DNA from: Tubiluchus corallicola
Taxonomy: Eukaryota; Animalia; Priapulida
NCBI GenBank assembly: GCA_030141605.1
Contig: JAQGDQ010000830.1
Span: 1 to 64,000, forward strand
Length of the DNA: 64,000 nt
Direction of reading: 5' to 3'
The translations under genes were made by a program, and so were the position numbers. How positions within the stretch are numbered: the first letter of the stretch is position 1; each line of letters begins with the position of its first letter. The notes below the pieces were generated by a model, which saw only the letters and a program-made list of their open reading frames with translations, did no database searches and was not told the origin of the DNA. Of this stretch, positions 1-11,500 are shown piece by piece.

Positions 1-55
1 GGCGACATGCATGCTTACATTTGTGTACGTTTCACTAATCTCTGTTTGTATATAT

Positions 56-252
56 CCCCCCTTGGGGTTATGTGTCGGCAAAGTAAGGTTTCACTTGCTC
101 CTTTTTGATGCTACATATAGCTCCCCCATGGGGGAGTTGTGCTCCCCCCTTGGGGTTATGTGTCGGCAAAGTAAGGTCTCACTTGCTCCTTTTTGATGCT
201 GCATATAGCTCCCCCTTGGGGAGGCTTGTGCTCCCCCCTGGGGGGGTTATGT
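56..252. repeat. ~88-bp GC-rich tandem repeat (2+ copies) with C-run/G-run palindromes
   Basis: CCCCCCTTGGGGTTATGTGTCGGCAAAGTAAGG at ~56 and ~144, partial third copy at ~233; perfect palindrome CTCCCCCATGGGGGAG at 121-136. Confidence 0.85.
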
Positions 253-488
253 TCCCTTTTAAATTTTAATTTGATAATGCTTATTATTTTTGTATTAGTC
301 TTTTTTTATTAATGTTAATTCTAAACACAGATGTGAATGCAAAAAACAAATTCTTCAGACTGTAATATACATTGCACACTGCCAATGAAAGCTTTAGCCA
401 TATAAATTGTTCAAACGTTGATATGCTGTACGCTAGCGTCATCTAGCAGTGAATGCGTGGCTAGTTCGCATAATGGCACTACTTGTTC

Positions 489-1125
489 ATACTTTCCAGT
501 GAAATTAATGCTTCTATGTTGTTCTGTAATGCATGACGGCGCTATCTGTTCATTGAATGTGTTGTTCTGTAATGCATGACGGCGCTACCTGTTCATTGAA
601 TGTGTTTTTGTTAAATACTTTCCAGGGAAATATAATGCTCCTATGTTGTTCTGTAATGCATGACGGTGGTAGCTGTTCATTGAATGTGTTTTGTATGCGT
701 ATTATAATACATTAGTGGAAAAAATAAAAATTTTAGATTACATTTTTAATGTTAATTTCTTTTCAAGCTTGGTGCATTTGAGAAAAATAAAAATTATATA
801 TTACATTTGAAAAAATAAAAATTATATTTAGATTACAAGCTTTTAATGTTAAATTTCTTTTCAAGCTTGTTGCATTTGTGAAAAATAAAAATTAAATATA
901 TAAAGCCATGTGAAAGAATAAAAATTATTTTTTAAAACACTTTATTAGCAACAACAACACTTTTTAAAACAACTTATTAAAAAATACTTTAAAACATCAT
1001 AAGTAACAACAATACACTCTTAACAACAATACAGTCTTTTTATGACATGGGAATGATTGCATACTATATTTAACAGCATCACCAACATGGGAATGATTGC
1101 ATACTATATTTAACAGCATCAGCAA
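489..1125. repeat. Short tandem duplications in the Polinton intergenic region
   Basis: TGTTGTTCTGTAATGCATGACGG x3 (517-666); repeated AAAAATAAAAATT blocks; ACATGGGAATGATTGCATACTATATTTAACAGCATCA x2 (1046-1121). Confidence 0.8.
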
Positions 1126-1400
1126 CAGCATTAAAACATCATTTACTAACAACAATACTTTAAAACATCATATAGTGGCTTCATACAATGTACTTATGTT
1201 TTCGTACTCTCGATGTATTAGGTATAGAATGGAGGAGGTGGGATTGCAACAGACAAACTGTTACACATATAATGGGGGTATAGCATTTATCAATTAAATT
1301 GATTGTGTTCAATTCACAATTTCAAACAGACTACAGACTGTTACATAAATACAATATTTAGCCGGTTCGGACCATGCCCCTCCCTCTAACATATTTGTTG

Positions 1401-3410
1401 TCATAGAATAACACTATCATCATCGTCATCATCAACATCAACATCATCAGCACAGATATTGACAACAGTTACGTTAGGAGGTCCGTGAAAAGGTCGATTT
1501 TCGACGGGAGGAGCGACACTAGAAACAAAAGGTTTCGTCTGGTCTACTAAATAATGCCCGTATGGAACGCTGAAATTTTTTGACAGCCAGCATCTTTTAT
1601 CGTCAAAAAAAGATAGCGATCTTTTGGAAGAATGTTTAGTGTATATGTGATGTCGTTGCGATGTGAAGCGAATTGTCTCGTGCGTCAGTTCCACCTGCTC
1701 TGTAAAGGCACGCTCAAAATCTTCGTGAGTTATTTGTTTTGAAATTGTGCGCCTATCGACGCCTTTGGCGCGCTTTTTGCTTTGTCGAAAATCAACGCTC
1801 TTCATGCTGTATAATTTGGGCTTAAGTAAAATCCATTGTTGGTGAAGCGAGCCTTGTGACTCATCTTTGAAACAACCTAAGCGTGCCCGATTTTCCTCCC
1901 GATAAAAAACGTGATCTTTAGGATAATTCGAGGTATCGATCACGTTTCCTTTCTGTAGAAAATGGGGGATTAAAATCTCGGGCACACTCAGATTTTTTAC
2001 TTGGAGAAAAAATGAATCCGTGTCCGAACCGACAATTTTCACATCAGCTTCAGGAGATAAAATTTTCATTTCGTCATCACTGAATGTTTCGTAGCGAAGG
2101 CGATACATTATCAATTTAGAAAGGTCGAGAACGGTCTGACCTATATATATTGGCCTATCTAAGAGAACGTTGGTTTTGCGCAGTCTGTGAGCACTCACAG
2201 TATTATTAAAAATGTTAAAATCTTGGTGGTCCGGTCGCCTCAAAAATTGTTCGCACGCTTTTTGACTAGTGGCCAATTTTAAAGAGCAACGTTTGCGAAC
2301 GTTTTCCATACTTTTACCAAATAAACTGTTATTGAACAGCTTAAAAAGATCTTTTTCGAAAGCATTTTTAGCTTCTTGTCTCTTTAAGCTGTTAGCCGCA
2401 ATAAAACTACGAAAAATTGGTGCCTGACGAAATGAGACAACAGAATGAATTTTGGAAATTTTCATACCCATTTTTAGATAAAATTTTAGTAGCGAAATGT
2501 GGACACCGTAATTCTCTTTAGAGAATTGGGTCAGCATTAATTTTTCGCTACCACTAAAAACGAACGTGTTCGAATTACGCGATCTACATATTCGTTGCCA
2601 TTGATGACGCATGAAATTGGAAAATAATATTTCGTGAGTTTTTAGGCGTTCTGGCGCCAGGGGAAAGTCGCTGGTCATATTATGAATCTGCTTTGGATAT
2701 TCCAAATCGCAGACCACAAAATAACCAGTTTCTGCAGTATCATCTACAGCGACCGGATCAAAGGTGTCGAGATTTTTTAGCCATTTAAAATCACCACAGG
2801 GTAATGGCATTGATAAAGCTTGCCCATAGAGATTGTTCATGTCAATTGGTAAAAGATACGTTAGCGCTTTAGATGGATCATAGGTTTCAGGCAATTCGGG
2901 GCAGTTAGCTTCGAGTTCGTGAACATTAACGAAAACGCTTCCGCCACGTATGTTGCTTTCGAATTTTTCAAACATGGTTATATCAGAAATAGCGTCTACC
3001 CGAATATCGCACGTTTTAAAAGCGGCATCCCATGTCAGCGAGGGTAAGGTGCAATAATGAATCGCATCTAATCCGAAATGATGCAAGCACATTCTTCGAT
3101 AATCGCAAAACACGTCTGCCAATAATCTACAATCTAATTCTAAATATCTAAGATAATAGTCGCGCAGATTGCGACAGCCAAATTCGCGCCATGCAGTTTG
3201 CACTAATTCATAATCTGTTTGCGATACAGTTTCTCCCGTCAAAGAGCTATAAAAATGCTCTATGGCGGGGAAACATTTCTCTTCCAACACGGATGAATTA
3301 TTAATATATTCATAACACATAATTCCTTTGCCATCAATTGTGGATTTCGAAAGCAAAGGATAATCAAGCATCATGGATTCGATATTTTCGACTAAAATGG
3401 CTCTAGCCAT
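1401..3410 (-). CDS. Protein-primed family B DNA polymerase (Polinton pPolB), C-terminal 669 aa; ExoI/ExoII region absent
   Basis: KGIMCYEY (cf. KGVYPYEY), ExoIII YLELD, IRGG, motif A DMNNLYG, motif B KLFNNSLFGK, motif C SDTDS, RAKGV, LSFFDDKR, PYGHY. No internal stops. Confidence 0.95.
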   Translation of the reverse strand: MARAILVENIESMMLDYPLLSKSTIDGKGIMCYEYINNSSVLEEKCFPAIEHFYSSLTGETVSQTDYELVQTAWREFGCRNLRDYYLRYLELDCRLLADVFCDYRRMCLHHFGLDAIHYCTLPSLTWDAAFKTCDIRVDAISDITMFEKFESNIRGGSVFVNVHELEANCPELPETYDPSKALTYLLPIDMNNLYGQALSMPLPCGDFKWLKNLDTFDPVAVDDTAETGYFVVCDLEYPKQIHNMTSDFPLAPERLKTHEILFSNFMRHQWQRICRSRNSNTFVFSGSEKLMLTQFSKENYGVHISLLKFYLKMGMKISKIHSVVSFRQAPIFRSFIAANSLKRQEAKNAFEKDLFKLFNNSLFGKSMENVRKRCSLKLATSQKACEQFLRRPDHQDFNIFNNTVSAHRLRKTNVLLDRPIYIGQTVLDLSKLIMYRLRYETFSDDEMKILSPEADVKIVGSDTDSFFLQVKNLSVPEILIPHFLQKGNVIDTSNYPKDHVFYREENRARLGCFKDESQGSLHQQWILLKPKLYSMKSVDFRQSKKRAKGVDRRTISKQITHEDFERAFTEQVELTHETIRFTSQRHHIYTKHSSKRSLSFFDDKRCWLSKNFSVPYGHYLVDQTKPFVSSVAPPVENRPFHGPPNVTVVNICADDVDVDDDDDDSVIL

Positions 3411-3449
3411 GCTATACCATTCGTCCCAAAAATCACAGGACAGGCGCGC

Positions 3450-4397
3450 ATGATAGGTAGCGCCATCTTATCCAACACGCTACGTCACCGCACCCTTGAC
3501 GAGCTCGAGGCAAGTGGCAGGTGTACATTTTTCGACATTAGTCTATCGATGAAGGTAGCCATCTGGAATGGCATTGTATTCATATATGAATTTAATGCTC
3601 CCAGTGGATTTGCATGTGATGGTTTCCACACATACCTCGAACCATTGCAATTTAGACTACTCATGGGTGAGCGTGTCAGAAACTATATTAAATCCCAATG
3701 TACCCGCAAACGCACTAGGGAAGAGTGTGACGCTTTAAGATTCGATCAAGATCAATTAGCAGCCGGTTCTCATCAGACGTTGCACTCTTGCAGACGTCGC
3801 ATCGAGTTTGCCGACGAGGTTGGCGCCAGCTGTAGCGCTGCCGCTGCTGCTGCTGGTGCTAGCATAGGCGATGTTAATCGCGACGAGGGTTTTGGCGATG
3901 ACGACGACAACGTCAATGACGTCGATCTCGATCAATTCGACGTCGACATGATGATGGAAGAGGATAATGATGATGATGGAGATGACAATGACGGTTTTGA
4001 CAACGAGGATGTTGATGATTGCAAAGACGAGGACCAGGTCATACCTAGCACCAAGATGACTGCGACAGCACCACCAGCAGCAGCAGCAGCAGCAGCAGCA
4101 GTGCTGCCACCGCCGAGATTGCATCACCTTCCGATCGTCACTGCTAGAATGATGACTAGAACAGCAGCTGTACCTAAAACAGCGCCACCGGCGCCGCCAC
4201 CGCCACCACCACCGTCGAGATTACAGCACCACAATGTCAACGTTCGGGTCGCGTCTGCTAGCAATATGCCGCCACCGCTAACATCAACAACATTGACAGC
4301 AACAACAACAACGGCGTCATCAACGAGCATGGGTCCCCCACCCAACATCGTTTTTGTCAACCCGAGGAAAGCATCCCACCAGGATAAAGATAAATGA
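3450..4397 (+). CDS. Polinton accessory protein: ~120-aa globular N-terminus (possibly PC4-like ssDNA-binding), then Asp-rich, poly-Ala and Pro/Thr-rich tail
   Basis: 315-aa open frame inside the Polinton, with downstream AATAAA at ~4592. The N-terminal pattern FDISLSMKVAIWNGIVFIYEF...TYLEPLQFRLL is reminiscent of PC4 (by eye only). Confidence 0.65.
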   Translation: MIGSAILSNTLRHRTLDELEASGRCTFFDISLSMKVAIWNGIVFIYEFNAPSGFACDGFHTYLEPLQFRLLMGERVRNYIKSQCTRKRTREECDALRFDQDQLAAGSHQTLHSCRRRIEFADEVGASCSAAAAAAGASIGDVNRDEGFGDDDDNVNDVDLDQFDVDMMMEEDNDDDGDDNDGFDNEDVDDCKDEDQVIPSTKMTATAPPAAAAAAAAVLPPPRLHHLPIVTARMMTRTAAVPKTAPPAPPPPPPPSRLQHHNVNVRVASASNMPPPLTSTTLTATTTTASSTSMGPPPNIVFVNPRKASHQDKDK

Positions 4398-4779
4398 ATA
4401 TTTTTTAAATAGTAAAGGCACACCCCATCAGGATAAAGATAAATGAATATTTTAAAAAGTAAATACACTTCAGTCTCTGGCAATTTTAGTCTAATAGTAA
4501 AGCGCCTCAGTTTTTTCTCTTTGTACATCTAGTCTAGATAAAAGTAAAATTTTAATTGTCAAATATCCTATTGTCAAAAAAGAAATCTTTCAATAAAAAT
4601 GTGGCTAATGCAACTTGCGAGTTTTGGGATTATATATATATCCTCACCTAAAAATACTGACTCGCTGAAATGCGTGCAAACTAGAAGGCCGCGGGCATTC
4701 AATTATCCACTTATCTAGACGGCGGCTGTCCTACATTCTGCTTGCTGTACATTCGAACGCGCTTTTTAAAAAAACACGT

Positions 4780-5815
4780 ACACGCGCAAGTCAATTAGCG
4801 GATTAAGCCCTCATTAGCTAGGTAGTCGAGTCAATTACCGGATTAAGCAATAGACACGTGCCTGCCTTCGCGTCTGATCAGATTAGTGCATTCGTCGCGG
4901 GTTTAAACATGCTCGGCAATGCGAGTTAGTACAGATAGAAAGATTTTACAAAATAAAAAGATAATTTTAGCTAACATTAGTTATTATTGTTCTGTCGGAT
5001 AAAAAAGTGGATGACGAGCAAAGATCGGACTCTGCTTTAGGTAATACCGCATCATCATCGTCATCATTGGATACAGTTGACAAAAATAAAGAAACCCAGA
5101 AATTAATCATGCTCGGCGACGTGTGAGTAGACTGTATGTTGCACGATGCGAGTTCGTGCTAACAATCGTGCTCGGCGACGTGTGAGTAGACTGTATGTTG
5201 CACGATGCGAGTTCGTGCTAATGCGACCGCATTGGACGGAGCGAAGGAGGCTTTTCGACGGCATCCATCTCGGTAAAAATTGTATCGCAACTTAGACGCG
5301 CATAAAAGAACATTCTAACCCGGATGAGGGTGGGGTAAAATTTTAAAAAATTGCATGGCAATTTAGATGCGCATAAAAGAACATCCTAACCATTTAACGA
5401 CGAGACTGTGCACTGCTGCACGTAGGTAGAGAAATCTTTTAGCGTAGCCACGCGCGCGCAAGTCAATTACCCCATTATCTAGCTAGCGGCCAGCTAGGCG
5501 GCGAGAGTCGATTACCGGATTAGGTACAATTAGGGTGGAGCAAAGTGCGCGAGCGCGTGTCCTCGCCCCGTCCACCTGTCCATCTGCCGTCGGTTCGAAC
5601 GAACGAGTGCATTTAGCGTGGGGGGGGCGTTCTCGCCGGGCGCACCCCCCCCAAAGCGTGCGGGAGTCCCAACCGTCACTCCTAATCCTTAAATCGGTCA
5701 CTTAACTAGCACGACAATAGACCCACTTCACTTTTTAGGGGCGATTTTTGTTCCCACCCCCCGGCAGCCAAAGGGGGCGTGGCCTATCGGCCAGAGGCAA
5801 AACATCTATACTACT
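4780..5815. repeat. Polinton subterminal/TIR region with reiterated motifs and hairpins
   Basis: AGTC(A/G)ATTA(G/C)CGGATTA x3; 59-bp tandem duplication at 5110-5222; GCGCATAAAAGAACAT x2; G-run/C-run stem at 5619-5653. Confidence 0.7.
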
Positions 5816-7470
5816 TGCGATATTAAATAATTGAGAAAGTACTGGGACAATTAAATCCGTTGCTAACATTGTAGAATTTAACAGGGACAGTTTCTGGGCC
5901 AGGTATTTATTTTCGTTAAGTTTATTAAGCCAGTACAGCAATGTTTCGAATTCAGAGACAGGATAAAAGAAGACAGATTTGTCGTTTGGGGCATTTAAGA
6001 ATGATTGGTACATCTTCGAAGAAGATGTGATTTCATTGGCCATATTACTACCTACAGACAGGAAGAATTTGTTAAATGCATTGGCAATAGACAAGTAGTC
6101 ACCTGTGGTACGAATGTTGTTATCTAAAGAGGCAGGAGCAAGTTGAGTTTTAGTTTGAATTTTCAGTAAGATATTAATAATACTATAATACTCCATTGCT
6201 TCTTAATATTGTTTTTGTTTACAGGAAATAATATTTTCTTTTGGATTTTTGTTTTTTTCATAGGTCATTTTTAGTTTATTTGAATAAGTCTTGTAAAAAG
6301 TCCTTTTGACAGCGAATTAGAAAATCTGTGGTATTTATAGAGCTTGCTTCTACTTCTAATTGCTTTTAAAATGCCAGGTGTTACACAGGGTTTTTGAAAG
6401 GATATCGTTTCTCTTTTGCTAAGTGTACGAATAGGGGCATTGGTTTGAAGAAACCAAAAAACTTGAAATTTAGTTTTAAGATTTTATTCTGAAATGCCTA
6501 CATAAACAGTGAAGTAGTGTCGTGTTAAAAATCAGAAAACCAAGTGACCAGAACTACAAGTGAAATCATTTAGGTGTGAAAACAGGTTTAGAGATTATGC
6601 ATTCATTAAGACTGTAGAAGCCAATGAAAATTTAAACAGTAAAGAGAAAGCTTCAACAATTTTAACAAGAGCACCTGAAGGTGGTAGCACTATCCAAAAC
6701 TAAAAAAGTATGTTGACATTAGGATAAATATACAACATAAATTTAATTTTAGAATAATTAAAATGATTTTCTTTTGTCCAGGCATGTTTATTAAAGGTCA
6801 TTACAAATGATTTCAAGGAGTGGGAAAAAGTATCATCTATACTAAGTTGACTATTGAAAATATTTGAAAGCGAATGTTCCAAATCGCTCAGGAACAAATC
6901 TTTTAGTAACTCTTATTTGTATTTGCGACTTACTATTACTTGCGTAAGAAGAGTTAACAATTGCAAAAAATGGGCAGATGGTCAGCCACTTCATATTAAC
7001 TGGCGCTAGCAGTGATGAGATTTTCAAACTCATTTGTATAAATATGATCAACTAAGGTTTGTGAGTTGTTAGCAATGCGAGTTGGTTGAGTGATAACAAG
7101 ATGAAACCTATTTGAGAACAACATATTTATATAGGTGGCATCGGAAGCAATGACTTCATGTTCAAGTAGAATAATGTTCATGTCCCCGCAAATAAAAGCT
7201 GTCCTTCCCGACGAATTCATAAAATTTAAGATCTTTTCCACTTCTTCATTAAAGTGACTGACAGATTTGTTGGCGTGCATGTACACGACGCCAAATAATA
7301 TCGGTGCCTTATTTCTTGATGTTTTTATCTCGACCCATAAATCCTCTACAGCATTTCTACTAACTAAGTGAGGTAAGTTGGATGTAACTTTTTCACAGTT
7401 AACTTTATTTCGTTAGTAACTTTAAAATCAAGTTTTTTTTCTAATATATAGACCTACAGCAGCAGTTGTA
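5816..7470 (-). mobile_element. Degenerate CR1/L2-group LINE fragment (APE endonuclease and pre-RT region), interrupted by the Polinton
   Basis: FICGDMNI and QPTRIANNSQTLVDHIYTN (APE motifs); IANAFNKFFLSVG and LIVPVLSQLFN (pre-RT); many stops and frameshifts. Confidence 0.85.
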
Positions 7471-7571
7471 TTGTATTGTATTGGAAAACTGACAGAGCCG
7501 ATGTTGTTTCAGGGCACATGGCATTCATAAATTAATATGACCTAAGATATGGGTTTATAAGCTAGCTATAG

Positions 7572-7730
7572 TCACCTTTCATGTCATCTTGAAAACGGCG
7601 GCTATATTGAATATACACTAAATCTCTGACTTTTGAAATCTATATATAGACACGAATCACCTTTCATGTCATCTTGAAAACGGCGGCTATATTCCCTAAA
7701 TCTTTGACCTTTGAAGCCTATATATAGACA
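7572..7730. repeat. ~86-bp tandem duplication
   Basis: TCACCTTTCATGTCATCTTGAAAACGGCGGCTATATT at ~7572 and ~7657. Confidence 0.8.
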
Positions 7731-7859
7731 CAAAAACCATCATCCAATTGTCCTAGAACGTGCAATATAGCTATCATATATTACATAGCTAACACATAAA
7801 TTAGCCGCTGCAGCATCTTGAAAACCTAACAGAGATGATGTATTATGTGTTTTTAAGCA

Positions 7860-8512
7860 TCAGATATGTTTTCCTTGACTTTGAAATCCCCTATCCGAGG
7901 AATGACAATACAACAAGTGGAATTGTGCGATGCCGTTTTAACTGTCAAGGTTGACCACATGCTAAGAAAAAAATTGACAATTCCTATTGAGAGTTCACAT
8001 TTCTGGACCAATAGCAGAATCGTCTTGGGTTGTATTAACAATGTGTCCAAAAGATTCAAGACTTACATTTCTAACAGCCTTGCAACTATTCATGAATTAT
8101 CAGATCATTGCCAGTGGCACCATGTGCCAGGATTAGACAACCCAGCCAACAAAGCATCTAGGGAAGTCACTGCTCAAGCTTTTGTTGACAACCACAACTG
8201 GTTGCATGGGCCAAGATTCGTGCATGAATCTTCAAAGATAGGATATCGCTCAGAAGATAGGATATCATTCAGCCTCCCTGAAGAGATGATCTGTGAGGTC
8301 AAAAAAGAAGACAAACTAAATTTCTTGTCACAAGAAACCGATGGAGATCCATTGGATAAGTTGTATGCCAACTATAGCAGTTTCTACCGTCTCCAGAAGG
8401 CAGTAGCTTGGCTCCTGAGATTGCGATCATATTTGCAGATCAAAGCAAGAAAGAAAGAAGTTAAGCAGACTTATGCCAGCAGACTGACTGAATTACTGTA
8501 TGCCAGGGCTTC
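7860..8512 (+). mobile_element. BEL/Pao LTR retrotransposon pol fragment (RNase H), left half
   Basis: TIQQVELCDA, FWTNSRIVLGCI, WHHVPGLDNPANKASR, YSSFYRLQKAVAWLLR; catalytic Asp residues appear mutated. Confidence 0.9.
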
Positions 8513-11500
8513 TGTTATGAATAAATTTCGGAATCATGAATTAAGTGATTAATTAATGGAGTTATCAACTTCATTAGATTATGTTGATAAAGCAGATACC
8601 TCCTAATTGGATTAGATAAATTTATTGAAAGATTATGGGAACTCACTTAGCTGGTTGAGGCACTATGTTTAAAAGAGAAGCAAAAATTATCTTCACAGAG
8701 ATGTTAGAGTTTATTAGAATAGAACAGGTGTTCATTTAGAAAGTAAGAGTTTGTCACAGGTGTTCGATTGGGAGAAGCGAAGCTTATTTTTATAACTTTG
8801 CGTGGTTAGATAATAAGCCTCATGTAATGTTATGCAGAGTTGCCATAATTATTAAGAAATAACGGAGAGTGGATTTCTTTGAGAGAAAGGTTTATTGCCC
8901 AAGCGAAGCGAAGAGCAATCTTTGGAAGTTAGATGCTGTGAAGGACGGATAGTCAGATAGCGGTTTTCTCATGCAAGGAGCTGTGTTATTAAACACCTGG
9001 TTGGTTATAAACCTACAAGCCAAGGATGACCTTTGGGCTATCGCAACATTACAGCGTTACCGCGAAATTTGCGAGAGCTATTGCGACACATTGCAGCGTT
9101 AGCACGCAATGTTATGAAATCTTCGCTTGGATATATATAAGACGATGTCTTGAGGAACAGAGGAGGCTGCGAGTGAGTTAGAAGTGAGTGGTTGCAAGTG
9201 AACCACGTGCTGTCCAGAGAGAGAGGCTGAGGAAGCAAAGACACGTAAGACCAGCGTGGACATCAAATCTGCGTACTCAACTGTTGAGCACTGGATCTAC
9301 GATTAGTCTTGCATCGTAATTGGAGTTGACCAATTGAACAGTTGTCATTGGTCATTCCACCAAGTTAAGTGATCTTAACATATGGTAACTTGAGAGCAAC
9401 TCTGCATAGTAAAAATTCACAGTGTAATAGACACCTTAAGTGTAACGTTTGGTTGATTGCATTTGCATACTTCACATTGTAATTAGCACCTTAAGTGCGA
9501 AGCAAGGAAATAGTTAAGTGAATCTGATTTGTGTCTCTTGGAGCTAACTATTAATTGTGAGCATCTATTGGTGATTAAGATCTAACATTGTAATATTAGC
9601 TGACTAAGAGTAATTGTTGTAACACAATAAATGATTTCACGTTAACTTAAAGGAATAGTTTATGTATGCTTATAGGTGTTTCAGTTAAGCAACCTTAATT
9701 CTGTAAACGAATCTGAAGATTCGCTGTGTACATAACATTAATTTAATTTACAAGTTCAATTGCGGGAACTTTGCTAGTAAGCTTTAGAGATAAAGACTCT
9801 AATCACAACGTGGAGTCGTAGAAACAGTCTTGTGGGACGAGATCATAGCCCTATAGACTTTTCTTAAGCTCTAGGAGCCAGGTTGTAAATAACCTTATAG
9901 CAATTAATGTAATAGAAGCGAATCACTCTTTAAATAAGTCAAGTGTCTCTTTAGGTCACGTGTTATACGATCACGAGAGATAATAATCAATATTAATCAG
10001 AGAGATTAATAATATATGATAACGAGTACAACAATAGTCTTATAGAAGAAGAAAACGATAACGAGTATAATGATGATGATCGGGTTCAGTTTGCCAATTC
10101 TTCTGGGATTTTATTTCCGAAGAAAAAGGTTCAATTGCGCAAGGAAGCATTGCTGAAAAGAAATAGAATTAATGAGAATTCCGAAAATGGCAATGAGCCA
10201 AACCCGGAAGTGACCAGGTCAGAGGTCACGGAGCTGACAACGAATAGTAAACTAAAGGAGGCGTTGATCGATAAGAAAAGGTTTGCTTTACTGCAGAGTC
10301 AAGATGCGACGCTTTCTTATTTGATACATGTAATTACGAGTCCTAAGCAATCTCAGGAGGCGTATAGATTGTTGGGAGATTATGGGATAAATGACGATAG
10401 TTTACTATGCCGAATAAATAAGAAATATGGGGAGAATGAAGGAAATTATTACCTGATTGTAGTTCTGACGGTATTAATAGATGAAGTAATTAGGGAGGTT
10501 CACAGTTCATACATTGGTGGACATTTTGCATTGGCCAAGACGGTTAATAAAATACTAATTAGATTTTGGTGGTCCACTATTAGACAGGACTGTAAGCGTT
10601 TTATATAAAGTTGCCCAATCTATAATAAGAAGAATAGGAATGTAATACGATTTCCCATGCAGGAGGCGCCTATTCCGATAGTGCCTTATCAAACTGTGGC
10701 GACGGATATCGTAGGTCCACTACCCATGACAGAGAGAGGTAACAAATATATAATTTCGTTCACAGACCTGGCCACCAAATGGGTTGATGCCGTGGGTATG
10801 CCCGATAAGAGGGCTGAAACTGTAACTGAAGCTTTTGTGAATGAAATCATCTGTAGATATGGTGCCCCAATCAAGTTATTAACGGATAATGACAGGTCAT
10901 ATTGTCAATGATATGACTAAGAGATTGACCAAACATTATGGGATACGGCACATTACAATCATTCCCTATAACCCGACCCCCCCCCCGGAAATGCGATCAA
11001 AGAGCGTCAACATGCGACGCTGATGAGTTTGTTACGGCAGCTAACGGACAAGAATCCCCAAGATTGGGACAAGCAGATCCCAAGGGCCTTAGCAGCCTAT
11101 CGCACTTCCATACACAGTACGTCGGGATATTCCCCTATTATCTCCTATTTCCACGCGCGCCACGAGGGATGGTAGAGAACCATTTGGCAGAGCCGGATAA
11201 ATATGTGGGAGAGGATTATTTTGAGAATTATTTACAAACGATGCATCAGGCTTTTGTAGTAGCGAAGAAGAGAACAGAAGAAGCCAGGGCCAAGTGTAAG
11301 GAGTTGTATGACCGTAAGGCCCAAACTCGTTATTTTAGGGCTGGCGATATTGTCTTCTATTATAACCAAGCTATGAAGCCAAAAGCTTCAAGAAAACTGC
11401 ATCAGTATTGGGAAAGTAACTATGTTGTGTTGACGAGATCAGGTAAACATAGGTACAAGATAAATAACATGGACATGGGTCGGGTAAGGACGTGCCATGT

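Larger units (their letters stand above)
1..5815. mobile_element. Polinton/Maverick (adintovirus-like) element, right-hand portion including terminus
   Basis: Contains a pPolB ORF. The GC-rich, hairpin/repeat-rich terminal region ends ...CATCTATACTACT at 5815 (reverse complement AGTAGT, the typical Polinton end). It abuts LINE coding sequence exactly: ORF 5735..6196 switches from LINE ...SQLFNIA to SSIDVL at the junction. Candidate 6-bp TSD is TGCGAT (5816-5821); the left end is outside the window. Confidence 0.85.

Noticed and set aside
517-690. Shared words (CTGTAATGCATG, CTACCTG) between the Polinton internal repeat and the 35-bp satellite
   Set aside because: Only a 12-mer and a 7-mer in different spacing; insufficient to claim common origin.
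3756-4528. Minus-strand ORFs with poly-Cys/poly-Gly
   Set aside because: Antisense shadows of the low-complexity + strand ORF.
5735-6196. 153-aa ORF as a gene
   Set aside because: Chimera of a LINE remnant reading across the junction into the Polinton terminus.
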